This document shows positions 37,137-50,627 of a stretch of 64,000 bases of DNA, one piece after another. The translations under genes and the position numbers were made by a program. Source of the DNA: Mobula hypostoma (lineage: Eukaryota); assembly GCF_963921235.1 (NCBI RefSeq), contig NC_086099.1, positions 77,066,001 through 77,130,000 on the forward strand, given 5' to 3'. Below the pieces are notes generated by a model, which was given only the letters and a program-made list of their open reading frames with translations, was not told where the DNA came from and did no database searches. Position 1 is the first letter of the stretch; each line of letters opens with the position of its first letter.

Positions 37137-39334
37137 TCCTAGAGGAACAAAAGAATGATGCCTTATCTTGGTTCCTCTTTCTTATTTTCTGTTGACTACT
37201 CTTGATATTTCTCATTTAAGCTTACAATTTTTTTCTCTGCTCTGCCGAATAAATGTTTTTTTTTGGAACGAGTGTTAAATCAGAAATTAGCTTTGGGATT
37301 ATGAAGTTAAAATTGCATTTGTAATAAGATAATCTGATCCTCAAGCTTTACACCAAACTGGGAGTTCAAAATATATCCATTATATTGGCTATTTTAAAAT
37401 TGTATAGATATATTTTACAAATGCCAAAATCTGTTTTTAAGAAAAAGAAAACTGATAAAAAGCTAATTTTTATCAGTTTTACAGACCTATCTTTTTCAGT
37501 AATAGAATACAATATGATAGGCTGATGTGTGAGGTGGGAAATCTAACAGGTAAATGGACGTAGGGAAACAATTGAATCCTTTTAATGTGCAGGAAAAACA
37601 TTTCATAAAAACTGCGTCAGCAATCAATTTTCTCTTGAAATTCTTATAATGGAGTCTGGAAAAAACACACAGTAAGAATTAATAAAATAAATAGATGTGA
37701 AGAACATACTATATTTTAACATACGCATTCTGTTTTAAGTGTATATTATATTTCATTTGAGTTAATGGAGATTTGAGAATTAATTAGATAGAGTGAGAAT
37801 TGCTGAACTTTAAAACTGTACAAGATCTAATAGTCACCTTAAATAGATTCTCAGAAATTAATTTTGGTTTCTAAAAATGTTACTTCACAATTCAATTCAA
37901 CTTTCAATTATTATGGAATGTGAGCCAAGTTTAAAAGAGAAATAGATTTTAGTGTAAACAGATCTTTTAACCCCATTCTCTAAATGCTTTGTGGAAGTGC
38001 TCAAGAAGTCGGGTGGTTAGTTTAATCTGCCAGGAAGTGATACATTTCAGGAGGAATTTAATCATTTAAAAAGATTGGTGTTGATTAAATGAAAAGCAGA
38101 AAACTAAGAAGCCATGATAATTGCCATAGATTTTGAAATTTCCAGCTGGTTGTAAATCTGATGGATTAGTTTGGCCTCCAATTACAAAGACTGTCCACTT
38201 TTAATTTCCGTTTGAAGGATATATGTTTAAAAGATTTCCTATCACAATCTCCAAATTCAACTTTAATTACTGAACCAATAATTAAGGCTGCATTCAGTGG
38301 CAAGAAAGCTCAAGCTCAGAAGTATTCCCATCTCACAAGCTCATCGGTAAGTTATAATAACATTGGTTAGTTTCAACAATGAACTTTGATACAGAGGCAT
38401 TTTCATGAAGCTTTGGTTATTTTCTAAGTACCGTGTTATCCTGTACAATTGATTTCTGCCAGCTCTAGTTTGGCTGTATAATTATTTTCTGTATATTAAT
38501 TTGTCTTTATTGTTCTAAAATACTTGTTAATGCTACCTTTATCCCGCTGACTCTGGTAAGTTGCTTTTTCCCGGGGCCATCCACTTCCAGATGCTTTTAA
38601 CACACCGCAGCTAATAGGTTTGAAGTATTTATGTCTGAGAATGGTTCATAGGCAAGGAGACAAGCAAGAAACAGCTAATTATTGTAGAGAGGACAAATCC
38701 ACAATGAAAGAGATGAGGCTTTAAGATGTCTTTGAAAGAAAGAAAAAGAGTAATAAGTTGAGTTGACAAGAGTTATTCAAAGAACAGGGCACACTGACTG
38801 CATATTTATAAGTGGAAACCAGGTCACAGAAGTTGTTTTTTTAACTTTTCATAACTTGCAAAGGCTAATCATGCCTTAGCACATTTAAAGCAATAAGCAG
38901 GGCTTCATACAGTGGAGATAGGAAGGGTAGAGTTGGCAACAGGGACATAACACAGTCCAGACTCACTAATTTCAATTTATGTTTGCGTGCCTTTGTGTAT
39001 AATATCAGTTTTATGTGCCCTTTCGAAAGCATTCACATTTAAATTACTGCACATGACTCTAGTAAAAAAAAATGATCCCGTGAGATGGGAAAATGCATGA
39101 GTTAGACCTCTTCTGCTGGCACAGAATTCTTGATAGAAGCTGCCTCCGTATTGGTGTTGAACCCATCAAAGTCAGTGAATGTAGACTTGTACTTTGACTC
39201 ATAGGGAAAAACAACTTGGAAGCAGGTCTTTTATTCCACTGAGTCTGCACTAAGTACCTTACTCAAATCCTATACTGACCCATTTGATTCTCCCTTATAT
39301 TCCTAAAGTTTCTTCCTCCCAAATTCTAGCACTC

Positions 39335-39539
39335 AAGTACACACCAAGGACAATCTAGGGCAGCCAGTTAAATGACCAACCTGCATCTTTGAAATTTACA
39401 GTAGAGGAAGCTGGAGCATCTGGAGAAAGCCTGCAAGGAAAGCAGGCAAATTCCACATAAGCAGTACCAGAGATCCAGATCAAGCATGTGTCACTGAAAC
39501 TGTGAGACAGCAGCTCTGCTTGCAGCATCATGTGCCACC
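39335..39539 (-). mobile_element. V-SINE, decayed
   Basis: The reverse complement has a tRNA-like head GGTGGCACA..TGCTGTCTCACAG and a V-domain-like TGTGGAATTTGC..TTCTCCAGATGCTCCAG. Confidence 0.6.
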
Positions 39540-40109
39540 TTTCCCTTTGCTCCCATAAAGAGAATCTATTGAGAAACTGGCTACAGAACCATCTTCAAAC
39601 CTGGGATGCCACCTGGCTTTTTAAAGAGATAAATATAATAAGTACCTGAGTATCTTGAGTCAGGGGATTGGAATCTCTCTCCATGTTGCAAGGGCTGATT
39701 CTGGAGCTTTGGGCAATGTATTGGTCTATCTGTTTTCAACATGGCATCTCATTGCTTTGTAAAATTTATTTCTCTTAAATAGAATCTTAAGCAAAAGAAA
39801 AAAATATGACTGGAAAATTAAAACACAAAGATCTCAACATTTAAGCAATTTTAAAAATGGGTGCTAATGAAAGGCATGTGGGTACTTTATCAGCTTTGTG
39901 CTATTTTGACAACTTATGCAGGACTTCTGCATGGTTTTAATACTTCTTAATACCATTCTGAATGCTTCTTCTTCACTCTGCGCACTCATGGGCCAAAATC
40001 TCCCAGGAAGCTTTGAGTACATTTGCGAAACATTTCCTCTGTCCACATGATAATCTCCTCCCATTCCAGAGCTCAGAATAAAAGGCATGTTTGAGAGAAT
40101 GAAGTTTGA

Positions 40110-40760
40110 AGTTAGAATCACAATCAGAATCAAATTTATTTTTACTGATATAAATTGTGAAATTTATTGTTATGTGACGGGCATAACAAATTACTATTAG
40201 TTACAATAAAATATGTCAATAAATAGTGCAAAATAAGAATAGCAAGGTATTGTTCATAAGTTTCTGGACAGTTCAGAAATCTGAGGGCATGGGGGTGAAA
40301 CTGTTCCTAAAATGTGATTGAGTCTTTAGGCTCACATACATTACCTCCTCTTGTGGTAGAAATGAGAAGAGGACATGACCTGGATGGTGAGGGTCCTTTA
40401 CAATTGATGCCATCATTTTGAGACACCTCCTTTGGTAGATGTCCTTGATGGGGTTATGCTTGTGCACTTAGCTGAGTCTAAAACCCTTTAAAGATTCATA
40501 TAATGGTCCTTCCATACCACATAGTGATGCAGCCAATCAGAATATTCTCCACAGGATATCAAGGGAAATTTGCGGTAGTCTTCGGTGACATACCAAAAAC
40601 TCCTCAGATTCTTAATGAAGTATAACTGCTGATGTGCCTGGTATGATTGCATCAATGATCCTCTGAGATGTTGATGTCAAGGAACTTGAAACTGCCCATC
40701 CCTTCCACGGCTGATTCATCAACGAGAACTGGTGCATGTTCTCACCATTTCCACATGAAA
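40110..40760 (-). mobile_element. Rex1/Babar LINE 3' fragment
   Basis: ORF IKDIYQRRCLKMMASIVKDPHHPGHVLFSFLP...RNSF and a (GATTCT)n-like tail. Confidence 0.75.
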
Positions 40761-42530
40761 AGACAAGGTCCCAACACTGACCACTACAAAATGCCACTAG
40801 TCACCCTAATGCTCCCCTTATTCCCACTCTCTGATTCTTGCCAATCTTGTCAAAGGTTGTCAAGAACTTGTCAAAGGTCTTCTGAAAATCCAAATACACA
40901 ACATCCATTGCCTCTCTTTTATCTGTGCTGCTTGTTATTTCCTCAAAGAATTCCAACAATTTTGTCAGGCAAGATTTCCCCTTAAGGAAACCATGTTGAC
41001 TTTAGCCTATTTCATCACATTTCTCCAAGTACCCCAAACCTTATCCTTAATAATGGCCCCAAAATCTTCCCATCCAGAGTTCAAGCTAACTGGCCTATAA
41101 TTCCCTTTCTTCTGCATCTCTCCCTTCTTGAAGTGAGTGACATTTGCAATTTTCCAGTCCTCTGAAACCATGCCAGAAACTATCGATTCTTGAAAGTTTA
41201 TTACTAATGCCTCCACAATCTCTTCAGCTACCTCTTTTTGAACCCTGAGGTGTATTTCCTCAGGTCCAGGTGACTTATCTACCTTCAGACCTTTCAGTTT
41301 CTGATGCACCATCAACCGAGTAATCGCAATTGCACTGATTTCTGTCTCCTGACCTTCTCAAATGCACAACATATTGTCAATGTCTTCCACAGTAAAGAAA
41401 GATGCAAAATACTTATCTAGTTTGTTTGCCATTTCTTTGTCCCCATTGCTACCTCTTCAGCATCAATTTCCAGTGTCCAATGTCTACTCTTGCTTCCCTT
41501 TTCATATATCTGAAAAAACTTTGGTATCTTTTTTTTATTATTGGCAAGCTCATCTTCATACTTCATTTATCTCCTTATGGCTTATTTAGTTGCCTTCTGC
41601 TGGTTTTTAAAAGCTTCCCAATCCCCGAACTTCCCACTAATTTTTCCTCTATTATATGTATCTTTGTTCTGCCTCTAGAGGCACAGTTCCTTTTGTATGC
41701 AGTTTGTTTTATACAAATATTACTTCCTGTTCATAAACTATCTTTACGTCATTTCCAAGGTGTGTTAATTCTGATTTTGACTTGAAGCACTCACAGTAGA
41801 AAGACATCCATTTCCACCCACTCTTTATTTGGCCTTGAAACAGCAATACCTGTAAGTCTTGAGGTTCTTCATATTGGTAAACATTTAGTACATGTATTTG
41901 AAGCAAGTGTTATGTTAATTGTTCATCACTATTAAGCTATCGTTGTGTCATGAGATCATTCCTGTCAATGGCATAGCTATAGAATATTGCATATCTCACC
42001 TGATCGTGAGAATATTCAACAATATTAGCATATTCAGGCTTGCGATGATTCTGTATTGAATGTAATACATGTTTCACTTAACCTTCTGCAGTTTCACAAA
42101 GTTTTCTGATTAGAATCCCCGAAGAAAGCTTCCGGCTTGGGTGATTTTTGAGAAGGTGGTTAACTCCCTGCCTAGCTTTGTACGCAATACACCTGTCCCT
42201 TCTGTATGGGTCATATATTCCCCAGATGAGATGCCAATAATCTAGAAACCCAAAGCCCCACCCTCTGCACGAGTTCCTCAGCCACACACTCATCTGCCAA
42301 ATCATCTTATTTTTACCCTCAATGGAGCATGGCACAGCCAGTAATCCAGACATCACTACCCTGGAGGCCCTACTTTTTAGATTTCTATCTAACTCCCTAA
42401 ATTCTCTCTTCAGGACCTCCTCCCTTTTCATACTTATGTCATGGTGACAATAGGTACCAAAACTTCTACCTGCTCACCCTCCCCCTTTAGAATGCCATGG
42501 AATCGATCTGAAATGTCCCTGACCCTGGAA
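40760..42530 (-). mobile_element. CR1 fragments (ORF2 40760-41700; ORF1 esterase 42180-42530)
   Basis: LKVDKSPGPEEIH...EDWKIANVT...GNYRPVSL and EEVLKREFREL...SGLL...GFGFLDYW. Confidence 0.75.
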
Positions 42531-43212
42531 ATGGTGGGGTGTGTGTCTCTTTCATGTTCACACAACACCAAACATTTAGTAACGTTTCAAACTCAGTGGT
42601 TGCTTTATTAAGTGTCCCCAAGAGAATTACCTTATTAAATCTTACCTTCAAAACTAAACATCCAACAAACAGGTACTGAACTAAAAGAGCACCTGGGCTC
42701 TCCTATACCTGCAGCATGCTTTCACATTGGCTCTTCAACAATGGTCATAACCTCAGTATGAAGAGGAGCTCCTGGACACAAAGCAAAGCCAGTGCGTTTC
42801 TTAGAAGTGCTATCCTTATATCCTTAAGGCACCCAGAACCAGACTGCTGTGCTGTGGCACACAAGGCAACCAATGGGAAAGAGTTGTTCCATCTCTGAAA
42901 TGGCACAGCAGAAGTAGTGAGCTAACTCTTCACATTACGTTTCACCCCTTATTTCTGAGGGGAACAGCCATAGGGGTACTCTGCACTGGCTATCACAGAG
43001 TATGAGACATGCAGCAGCTAGCTGGTAACCGGCACTGTTGGAAAACTATACGTGCTCACTGCATTTGTTAAAAGTTTTGGAAAGGCTCTAGATCCAAGTA
43101 CAGTAATCATTTGCACATTTCCAAAACCTCTGGAAAATCAGTGCATTGTCTGTTAAATCCAATCAATTACCAAAATTTGAGGCATGCAGCTTAATTAACA
43201 AAACAATTTTGA

Positions 43213-46104
43213 TGTCATGGTCCGGTCTGTGAAGTCCGTATTCCGGTTCACAGTCCAGTCCATCGACCCTTGCTCCAGGTTTTCCTGTCTACCCTGTTTC
43301 TGTCTTGTTGAGATCTAATTGAGTCAGCTGATGCTCGTAGGGGCTGGCTGCATAAATACCTTCAGAGACCAGGGTGTGGCTGCTGGATTGTTCTTATCCT
43401 TACTCCTTGTATCCCTTCCTCTGCCTTCTGTTTCCTCACCTGAAGCCCTGCCTTGTCTTGCCGGTAACTCTTGCCTCAACTCAAGTGTCCTGCCTCCAGC
43501 CTTCAGCCCAGCCTCGCCTCAAGTCTCCAGCCTCCAGCCCAGTCTCGCCTCAAGTCTCCTGCCTCCAGCCTCCAGCCCAGCCTCACCTCAAGTCTCCTGC
43601 CTCCAGCCTCCAGCCCAGCCTCACCACAAGTCTCCTGCCTCTAGCCTCCAGCCCAGCCTCACCTCAAGTCTCCTGCCTCCAGCCTCCAGCCCAGCCTCGC
43701 CTCAAGTCTCCAGCCTCCAGCCCAGCCTCACATCGTCTCCAGCCTCCAGCCCAGTCTCACCTCAAGTCTCCTGGCTCCAGCCTCCAGCCCAGCCTCACCT
43801 CAAGTCTCCTGCCTCCAGCCTCCAGCCCAGCCTCACCTCAAGTCTCCTGCCTCTAGCCTCCAGCCCAGCCTCACCTCATCTCCTGCCTCCAGCCTCCAGC
43901 CCAGGCTCACCTCAAGTCTCCTGCCTCCAGCCTCCAGCCCAGCCTCACCTCAAGTCTCCTGCCTCCAGCCTCCAGCCTAGTCTTGCCTCAAGTCTCCTGC
44001 CTCCAGCCTCGCCTCACCTCAAGTCTCCTGCCTCTAGCCTCCAGCCCAGCCTCACCTTGTCTCCTGCCTCCAGCCTCCAGCCCAGCCTCACCTCAACTCT
44101 CCTGCCTCCAGCCTCCAGCCCAGCCTCACCTCGTCTCCAGCCTCCAGCCCAGCCTCACCTCAAGTCTCCTGCCTCTAGCCTCCAGCCCAGCCTCACCTTA
44201 TCTTCTGCCTCCAGCCTCCAGCCCAGCCTCACAAGTCTCCTGCCTCCAGCCTCCAGCCCAGCCTCACCTCAAGTCTCCTGCCTCCAGCCTCCAGCCCAGC
44301 CTCACCTCAAGTCTCCTGCCTCTAGCCTCCAGCCCAGCCTCACCTCAAGTCTCCTGCTTCCAGCCTCCAGCCCCCTCTCACCTCAAGTCTCCTGCCTCCA
44401 GCCTCCAGCCCAGCCTCACCTCGTCTCCAGCCTCCAGCCCAGCCTCACCTCAAGTCTCCCGCCTCTAGCCTCCAGCCCAGCCTCACCTCGTCTCCTGCCT
44501 CCAGCCTCCAGCCCAGCCTCACTTCGTCTCCTGCCTCTAGCCTCCAGCCCAGCCTCACCTCATCTCCTGCCTCCAGCCTCCAGCCCAGTCTCGCCTCAAG
44601 TCTCCTGCCTCCAGCCCAGCCTTGCCTCAAGTCTCCTGCCTCCAGCCTAGCCTCACCTCAAGTCTCCTGCCTCTAGCCTCCAGCCCAGCCTCACCTCATC
44701 TCCTGCCTCCAGCCCAGTCTCGCCTCAAGTCTCCTGCCTCCAGCCTCCAGCCCAGCCTCACCTCGTCTCCTGCCTCCAGCCTCCAGCCCAGCCTCACCTC
44801 AAGTCTCCTGCCTCTAGCCTCCAGCCCAGCCTCACCTCGTCTCCTACCTCCAGCCTCCAGCCCAGCCTCACCTCAAGTCTCCTGCCTCTAGCCTCCAGCC
44901 CAGCCTCACCTCATCTCCTGCCTCCAGCCTCCAGCCCAGTCTCACCTCAAGTCTCCTGCCTCCAGCCTCCAGCCCAGCCTTGCCTCAAGTCTCCTGCCTC
45001 CAGCCTCCAGCCTAGCCTCACCTCAAGTCTCCTGCCTCTAGCCTCCAGCCCAGCCTCACCTCATTTCCTGCCTCCAGCCCAGTCTCGCCTCAAGTCTCCT
45101 GCCTCCAGCCTCCAGCCCAGCCTCACCTGAAGTCTCCTGCCTCCAGCCTCCAGCCCAGCCTCACCTCGTCTCCTGCCTCCAGCCTCCAGCCCAGCCTCAC
45201 CTCAAGTCTCCTGCCTCCAGCCTCCAGCCCAGCCTCACCTCAAGTCTCCTGCCTCCAGCCTCCAGCCCAGCCTTGCCTCAAGTCTCCTGCCTTTAGCATC
45301 CAGCCCAGCCTCACCTCATCTCCTGCCTCCAGCCCAGCCTCGCTTCAAGTCTCCTGCCTCCAGCCTCCAACCCAGCCTCACCTCAAGTCTCCTGCCTCCA
45401 GCCCAGCCTTGTCTCAAGTCTCCTGCCTCCAGCCTCCAGCCCAGCCTCACCTCAAGTCTCCTGCCTCCAGCCTCGCCTCATGTCTCCTTCCTCCAGCCTC
45501 CAGCCTCGCCTCACCTCAAGACTCCAGTCTCCTGCCTAGCCTCAAACCTGAAGACTCCATCTTCTAGCCTCTAGCCTCTTGCCTAGCCAAGCCAAGTCTC
45601 TAGCCTCTAGCCTCAAGCCTGAAGACTCCAGCTTCGTCCTGTCTGCCTGCCAAGCCTCGTCCTTGCCAGGTTCTGGGGTCCGAGCCAGAGGCAAGACCCA
45701 GGTACTGGGTCCTTGTCCAGTCTCTGGCTCGAAGTCCGTCCTGCCTCCTGCCAAGCCTTGCCTCTAGCCTCAAGGTTCAAGCCTGAAGACTCCAGCCTCC
45801 TGCCTCCTGCCAACTCTCGCCTCTAGCCTCAGGCCTGAAGATTCCAGCCTCTTCCTGCCTGCCTGCCAAGCCTCGTCCTTGCCAGGTTCTGGGGTCTGAG
45901 CCAGAGGCAAGACCCAGGTACTGGGTCCTTGTCCAATCTCTGGGAGACCAATCCCAGGCTCCTAGCTCTTTTGTCCAGTCCTGGTCCAGGTTCCTGGTTT
46001 TCGTGTCCATGTCCTTGCCATCAGCCTGAATCCTAGTCCTGTCCCTAGTACTTCAGTGTCTGTGTCTTTCACTTGGGTCCGTTCCCAGCTACCACCTTAT
46101 GACA
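43213..46104 (+). mobile_element. Solo LTR (2.9 kb) containing a large internal minisatellite
   Basis: TGTCAT...ATGACA termini, 5-bp TSD TTTGA (43208-43212, 46105-46109), TATA-like CATAAATA at ~43351, and an internal direct duplication 45545-45760/45780-45940. Confidence 0.8.
43485..45545. repeat. ~2-kb C-rich minisatellite (variable ~30-40 bp unit CTCACCTCAAGTCTCCTGCCTCCAGCCTCCAGCCCAGC)
   Basis: Direct tandem repeats are visible, built from CCAGCCT/CCAGC sub-repeats. Confidence 0.97.
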
Positions 46105-46614
46105 TTTGACTGATTTCCTCCCAAGGACAATATCCTTTCCTAACTACAGTTTATACCTTTCAAATCAGAAACAAATATATATTCTGGGGAATTATGTTAA
46201 TTTTTTGGTTACCCTGGGTCTTCAAAATACATACCTTAGTGTTTTATTACATCCGAAGCTGTCAAAGATGAGAAAGAGTAGAACACACTAGCCAGTGAAG
46301 TATAGAATTTCATTCAGGCACTTTACATTCAATACTCGTAGTTCTAGATGAACACCTCAGGACTAATTTTTAACCACATGGAAAATAGTTCTGATTTGAA
46401 GATAATTAACCAAGATTTATAAATTGCAGGATTTAATATCCTGGAATTAATTTAAAGGGTTAAGTATTCTGAACTGGAAAAATGTTGCAAAGGTCTCAAG
46501 GTACATTTAATAACAGAGTATGTCTACAGGATACAAACTGAAATTTGTTCACAAAACAAAGAAACCCCATAATACATTAAAAGCATCAAAGCCAAAATGA
46601 TCCCCTCCCTTTGC

Positions 46615-47500
46615 ACAAGCAGCAGCAGAAGCATTGACCACCCTCCCCCCTCACCCCCAGCTGCACCAGCAGAAGTCCTGGAACCCACCCACATGGCCCA
46701 CCATCCAAGCACCAGCAGAAGCCCTGGAACCCACCCACATGGCCCACCATACAAGCAGCAGTAGCAGCCCTGGAACCCACCCACATGGCCCGCCATACAA
46801 ACAGCGGAAGCCCTGGACCCAGCCACACGGCCCGCCATACAAGCAGCAGCAGAAGCCCTGGAACCCAGCCACACGGCCCACCATACAAGCAGCAGCAGAA
46901 GCCCTGGAACCCAGCCACACGGCCCACCATACAAGCAGCAGAAGCCCTGGACCCAGCCACACGGCCCGCCATACAAGCAGCAGAAGCCCTGGAACCCAGC
47001 CACACGGCCCGCCATACAAGCAGCAGAAGCCCTGGAACCCAGCCACACGGCCCGCCATACAAGCAGCAGAAGCCCTGGAACCCAGCCACACGGCCCGCCA
47101 TACAAGCAGCAGAAGCCCTGGAACCCAGCCACACGGCCCGCCATACAAGCAGCAGAAGCCCTGGAACCCAGCCACACGGCCCGCCATACAAGCAGCAGAA
47201 GCCCGGGAATCCAGCCACACGGCCCGCCATACAAGCAGCAGAAGCCCTGGAACCCAGCCACACGGCCCGCCATACAAGCAGCAGAAGCCCTGGAACCCAG
47301 CCACACGGCCCGCCATACAAGCAGCAGAAGCCCTGGAACCCAGCCACACGGCCCGCCATACAAGCAGCAGAAGCCCTGGACCCAGCCACACGGCCCACCA
47401 TACAAGCAGCAGCAGAAGCCCTGGACCCAGCCACACAGCCCACCATACAAGCAGCAGAAGCCCTGGAACCCAGCCACACGGCCCACCATACAAGCAGCAG
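46615..47500. repeat. 43-bp minisatellite, ~20 copies (GGCCCGCCATACAAGCAGCAGAAGCCCTGGAACCCAGCCACAC)
   Basis: Near-identical tandem units that are more diverged at the left edge. The unit has no stop codon in any frame. Confidence 0.97.
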
Positions 47501-49250
47501 CGGAAGCACCATAGATCCATTGATCCAGAGTCCATCCAAATTAATATCCCTCTTCCAAAAATGGCTGGGTGGAATTGAACAAAACAGAACAAGACGTGCA
47601 TATTTGTTATGAGTATCAAGATTGTTCAGAAAGATGACAGGAAGATGAAACCTGTTTAGACTGAGCACTAGAATTTTCAAAGAAGGATAACCAAAGTAGA
47701 AGAGGGGAAGATGGAAATCAATGTTAATGTCACTTTGATGACATTATAAACGGAAACACTATTACCATGAAAGTTACATTATCTGAGTATTTCTGTAGAA
47801 TTGCAGGCAAGTGAATGAATCCATAGTAATAAGAGTATAATATTTAAACTTGGAAGAAAACATGTTATGTGGCTTGTTATTCTTTAATGAGATATGAGTG
47901 TTGTGGGCAAAGCTGGCATTTATTGCCAAACCCAAATTGTCCTTGAACTGAGTCGCTCCTGAGTGCATTCCAGAGAGCAATCTTAATTCTGTCATCACGA
48001 ATACATCGAACAAAGTAATGATGACAGACTTACATCCTTGAACAGTGTTGGTAACCCAGATGAACTTTTAAAATAAACTAGTTTTACAGTTACTACTACT
48101 GTTATTTATACACTTTCTTTTAAAATCTAGGTTTATTTATTTAACTTACTCCGCATTTATGAGTGTAAAATAAAACTTAATATCCACAAATTCTTGAAGT
48201 TTTTCTAGCAAGTAACTTTGCCAGAGAAATGTAGATTATACATTTATTCTAGAATAGTATACAATTAGTTCCAGAATAGTTTTAAAGGGAAACAAAAACA
48301 TGAATACAGGACAAGTAGAACAGAAGTCTGTGCATTTTATTACCTCACTGTCTTGCTCATCGTCTAAAACTGATGAAATATTCTTGCTGAAGATAGTGCT
48401 ACTGAAAAAGGGCGAGGATTTACTGGTGGTTCATAAAGCAAAAAATACAATTAACTACTTTATTAATAACAGTTTTGCTGTGGAAAATTGTGGTAAATGA
48501 TCACTGCAAACAATGAAGAGGTAATTGAAAGTGAGGCTAACTTGAGTGTTGAGGTGCACAGGTGCGATGCAAGGTAGGAACAAGGTTGAGGTATGTTCGA
48601 GGTGAAGTAATCAGAGCAACGTTGAGACATGGTCAAGAGGGATTTGGGGCGTGCAAAAATGGAGAAAGGTCATGAGGTTTGATCGAGCTAAGTGCCGGGC
48701 CAATTTGGAAAGATTGGGTATGGATCAGATTGTGGGGGCAGGGTCCAGGCCCAGAGAGTATCGATGCAACCAGGCCGGCTCTTAGTGTAAGGGATGACCT
48801 GATGTTTTAATGATTTTAATGCCAGGCCAGATGGATTGAAAAGGCAAGGTGTTGGGACCAGAGGCAGATCAGGCTGGTTTAGCTCGCTGCTCCGTGACAT
48901 TTATTCTGCTCTCAGGCTAATGTTGTGACCTGCTCCAAGCTTCATGACTTCAAGCCCCATGACGATTTGCTCCACTGTGTGATGAACTGAGGCTGAGGGT
49001 GTGGACCTGCTCCAGCTGCTCCAGGCTTCATGTCTATGGACTCACTTTCATTCTGAATGCTGTTACTTGCTTTTATAGTTTGCATGATTTGTGTTTATTT
49101 TCTCTCTCTTTGTGCATTGGATGTTAGTTAGTTTTTTTAATGGATACTTTTGGTTTCTTGTTTTGTAGCTACCTGTAATGAGAAGAATCTCAAGGTTCTA
49201 TAATTTATATCTACTTTTACAATAAATGTACTTTGAACTTTGAAAATATG

Positions 49251-49530
49251 GGCTGGCACAATAGCATAGTGGTCAGAACAATGCCTTACAGTATTAATGA
49301 CCTACGACTGTCTTTAAGGAGTTCATATTTCACAGTGTGATCACATAGATTTCCTCTAGGTACTCCGGGTACCTCCCCCAGTCCAGATACCTACCAGCCC
49401 AGATAGGTTAATTGATCATTGAAAATTATCCTGTGATTAGGCTAGGGTTAAATCTGGGGATTGCTGGGCTGTACAGCTCGAAGGTCTGGAAGGGACTACT
49501 CCACGCTGTATCTCAATAAATAAATAAATA
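49251..49530 (+). mobile_element. V-SINE (HE1-like) with (TAAA)n tail
   Basis: tRNA-like head GGCACAATAGCATAGTGG, V-domain-like TTTCCTCTAGGTACTCCGG, and tail CGCTGTATCTCAATAAATAAATAAA. Confidence 0.75.
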
Positions 49531-50627
49531 TGGTTGCCTTTATTGGCTAAAGTAGAGAATATGTGAGCACAAGTTTTGGTGAATGCATTAGAGGAAGGAC
49601 ACAATTGCAGTTGAGATTGTACAGAGTTGTTTTGTGAGGATACTGCCTGATCTAGAAAAAAACATAGTAATGAAGAATGGTTAAATTGTTTTCTTTGGAA
49701 CAGAGGAGACTGAGAAAACATTTAACTGAGGTTCATGAAGGGCTTGCAAGGGTCCATTTTTTACAGTGACATTAATTACTGGGGCTTACTAACTTAAAGC
49801 AAAAGGATGAAGGATTGGAAATGGAGGAGAAATGATTTCATGTAGGTTTGAGGTGGAGGAGGAACAGATGACAGCAGGGCAGAAAGCAGTAAACTTTCTC
49901 ATATTTTGAAAATGTAGGGATAGGTAGTTGAAATTCTAATATCTACAAACGCACAAACCAGAAGTTGGAAATTGGGAATAGGTCAGAATATTATTTTTTG
50001 TCAGGCAGTCATGATAGGCTGAATAGGCTCCTCCCATTCGTAAATTTCTGTGATCCTTAGCTTCTGCACCCTTCTGACCTGACTAAATCACTAATTTATG
50101 AAAGCAAGAGCAGGCTAAACAAAAATAAGTAATGGATTACAAGTTAGTAAAAGGCCAGTGCCTAGTAATTCCAATTACGAGCAGCCAGATATTACCAATG
50201 ATAAGTCCATCTGTAGAATTAATGATTTGCCTTTTGCCACTGCATTTCCACAGCTTCCGGCAGTCTCCACAATAGCTGATGCTGAGCCATAATAATTAAT
50301 TTGGCTACATGGGCATTCTGCATGGGCTGTGAGAGCTGACCAATTGACAATCTTATTTTTCAAGTACGTGGCTAAAGCTCTAAAATGGCTATGGTGTTTT
50401 AGCACAATGTTCACCAGATTAGGTGGGAAGCATTTAAAGCTGAACTATTGAATGATCATAAGCTGCACTGTCATGGTTTATAAGATCTTTTATCACTGTC
50501 TCAACAATAGCTGTAAAATTCAATGATAACGTAAACTGGAGAGTGTAGATCTTTGTCTATGTATATGAGAACAAATGTAACATACCGAGAAATACTATTA
50601 CTGACAACCTTAGCTATGTAATAAATT

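Noticed and set aside
43319-44891. Long Pro/Ser/Leu-rich ORFs (up to 443 aa)
   Set aside because: They are by-products of the C-rich minisatellite inside a solo LTR and occur in several frames.
46524-47680. Five long overlapping ORFs / CRISPR-like regular repeats
   Set aside because: A pure tandem 43-bp repeat without stops and without unique spacers. There are no cas genes and the context is eukaryotic.
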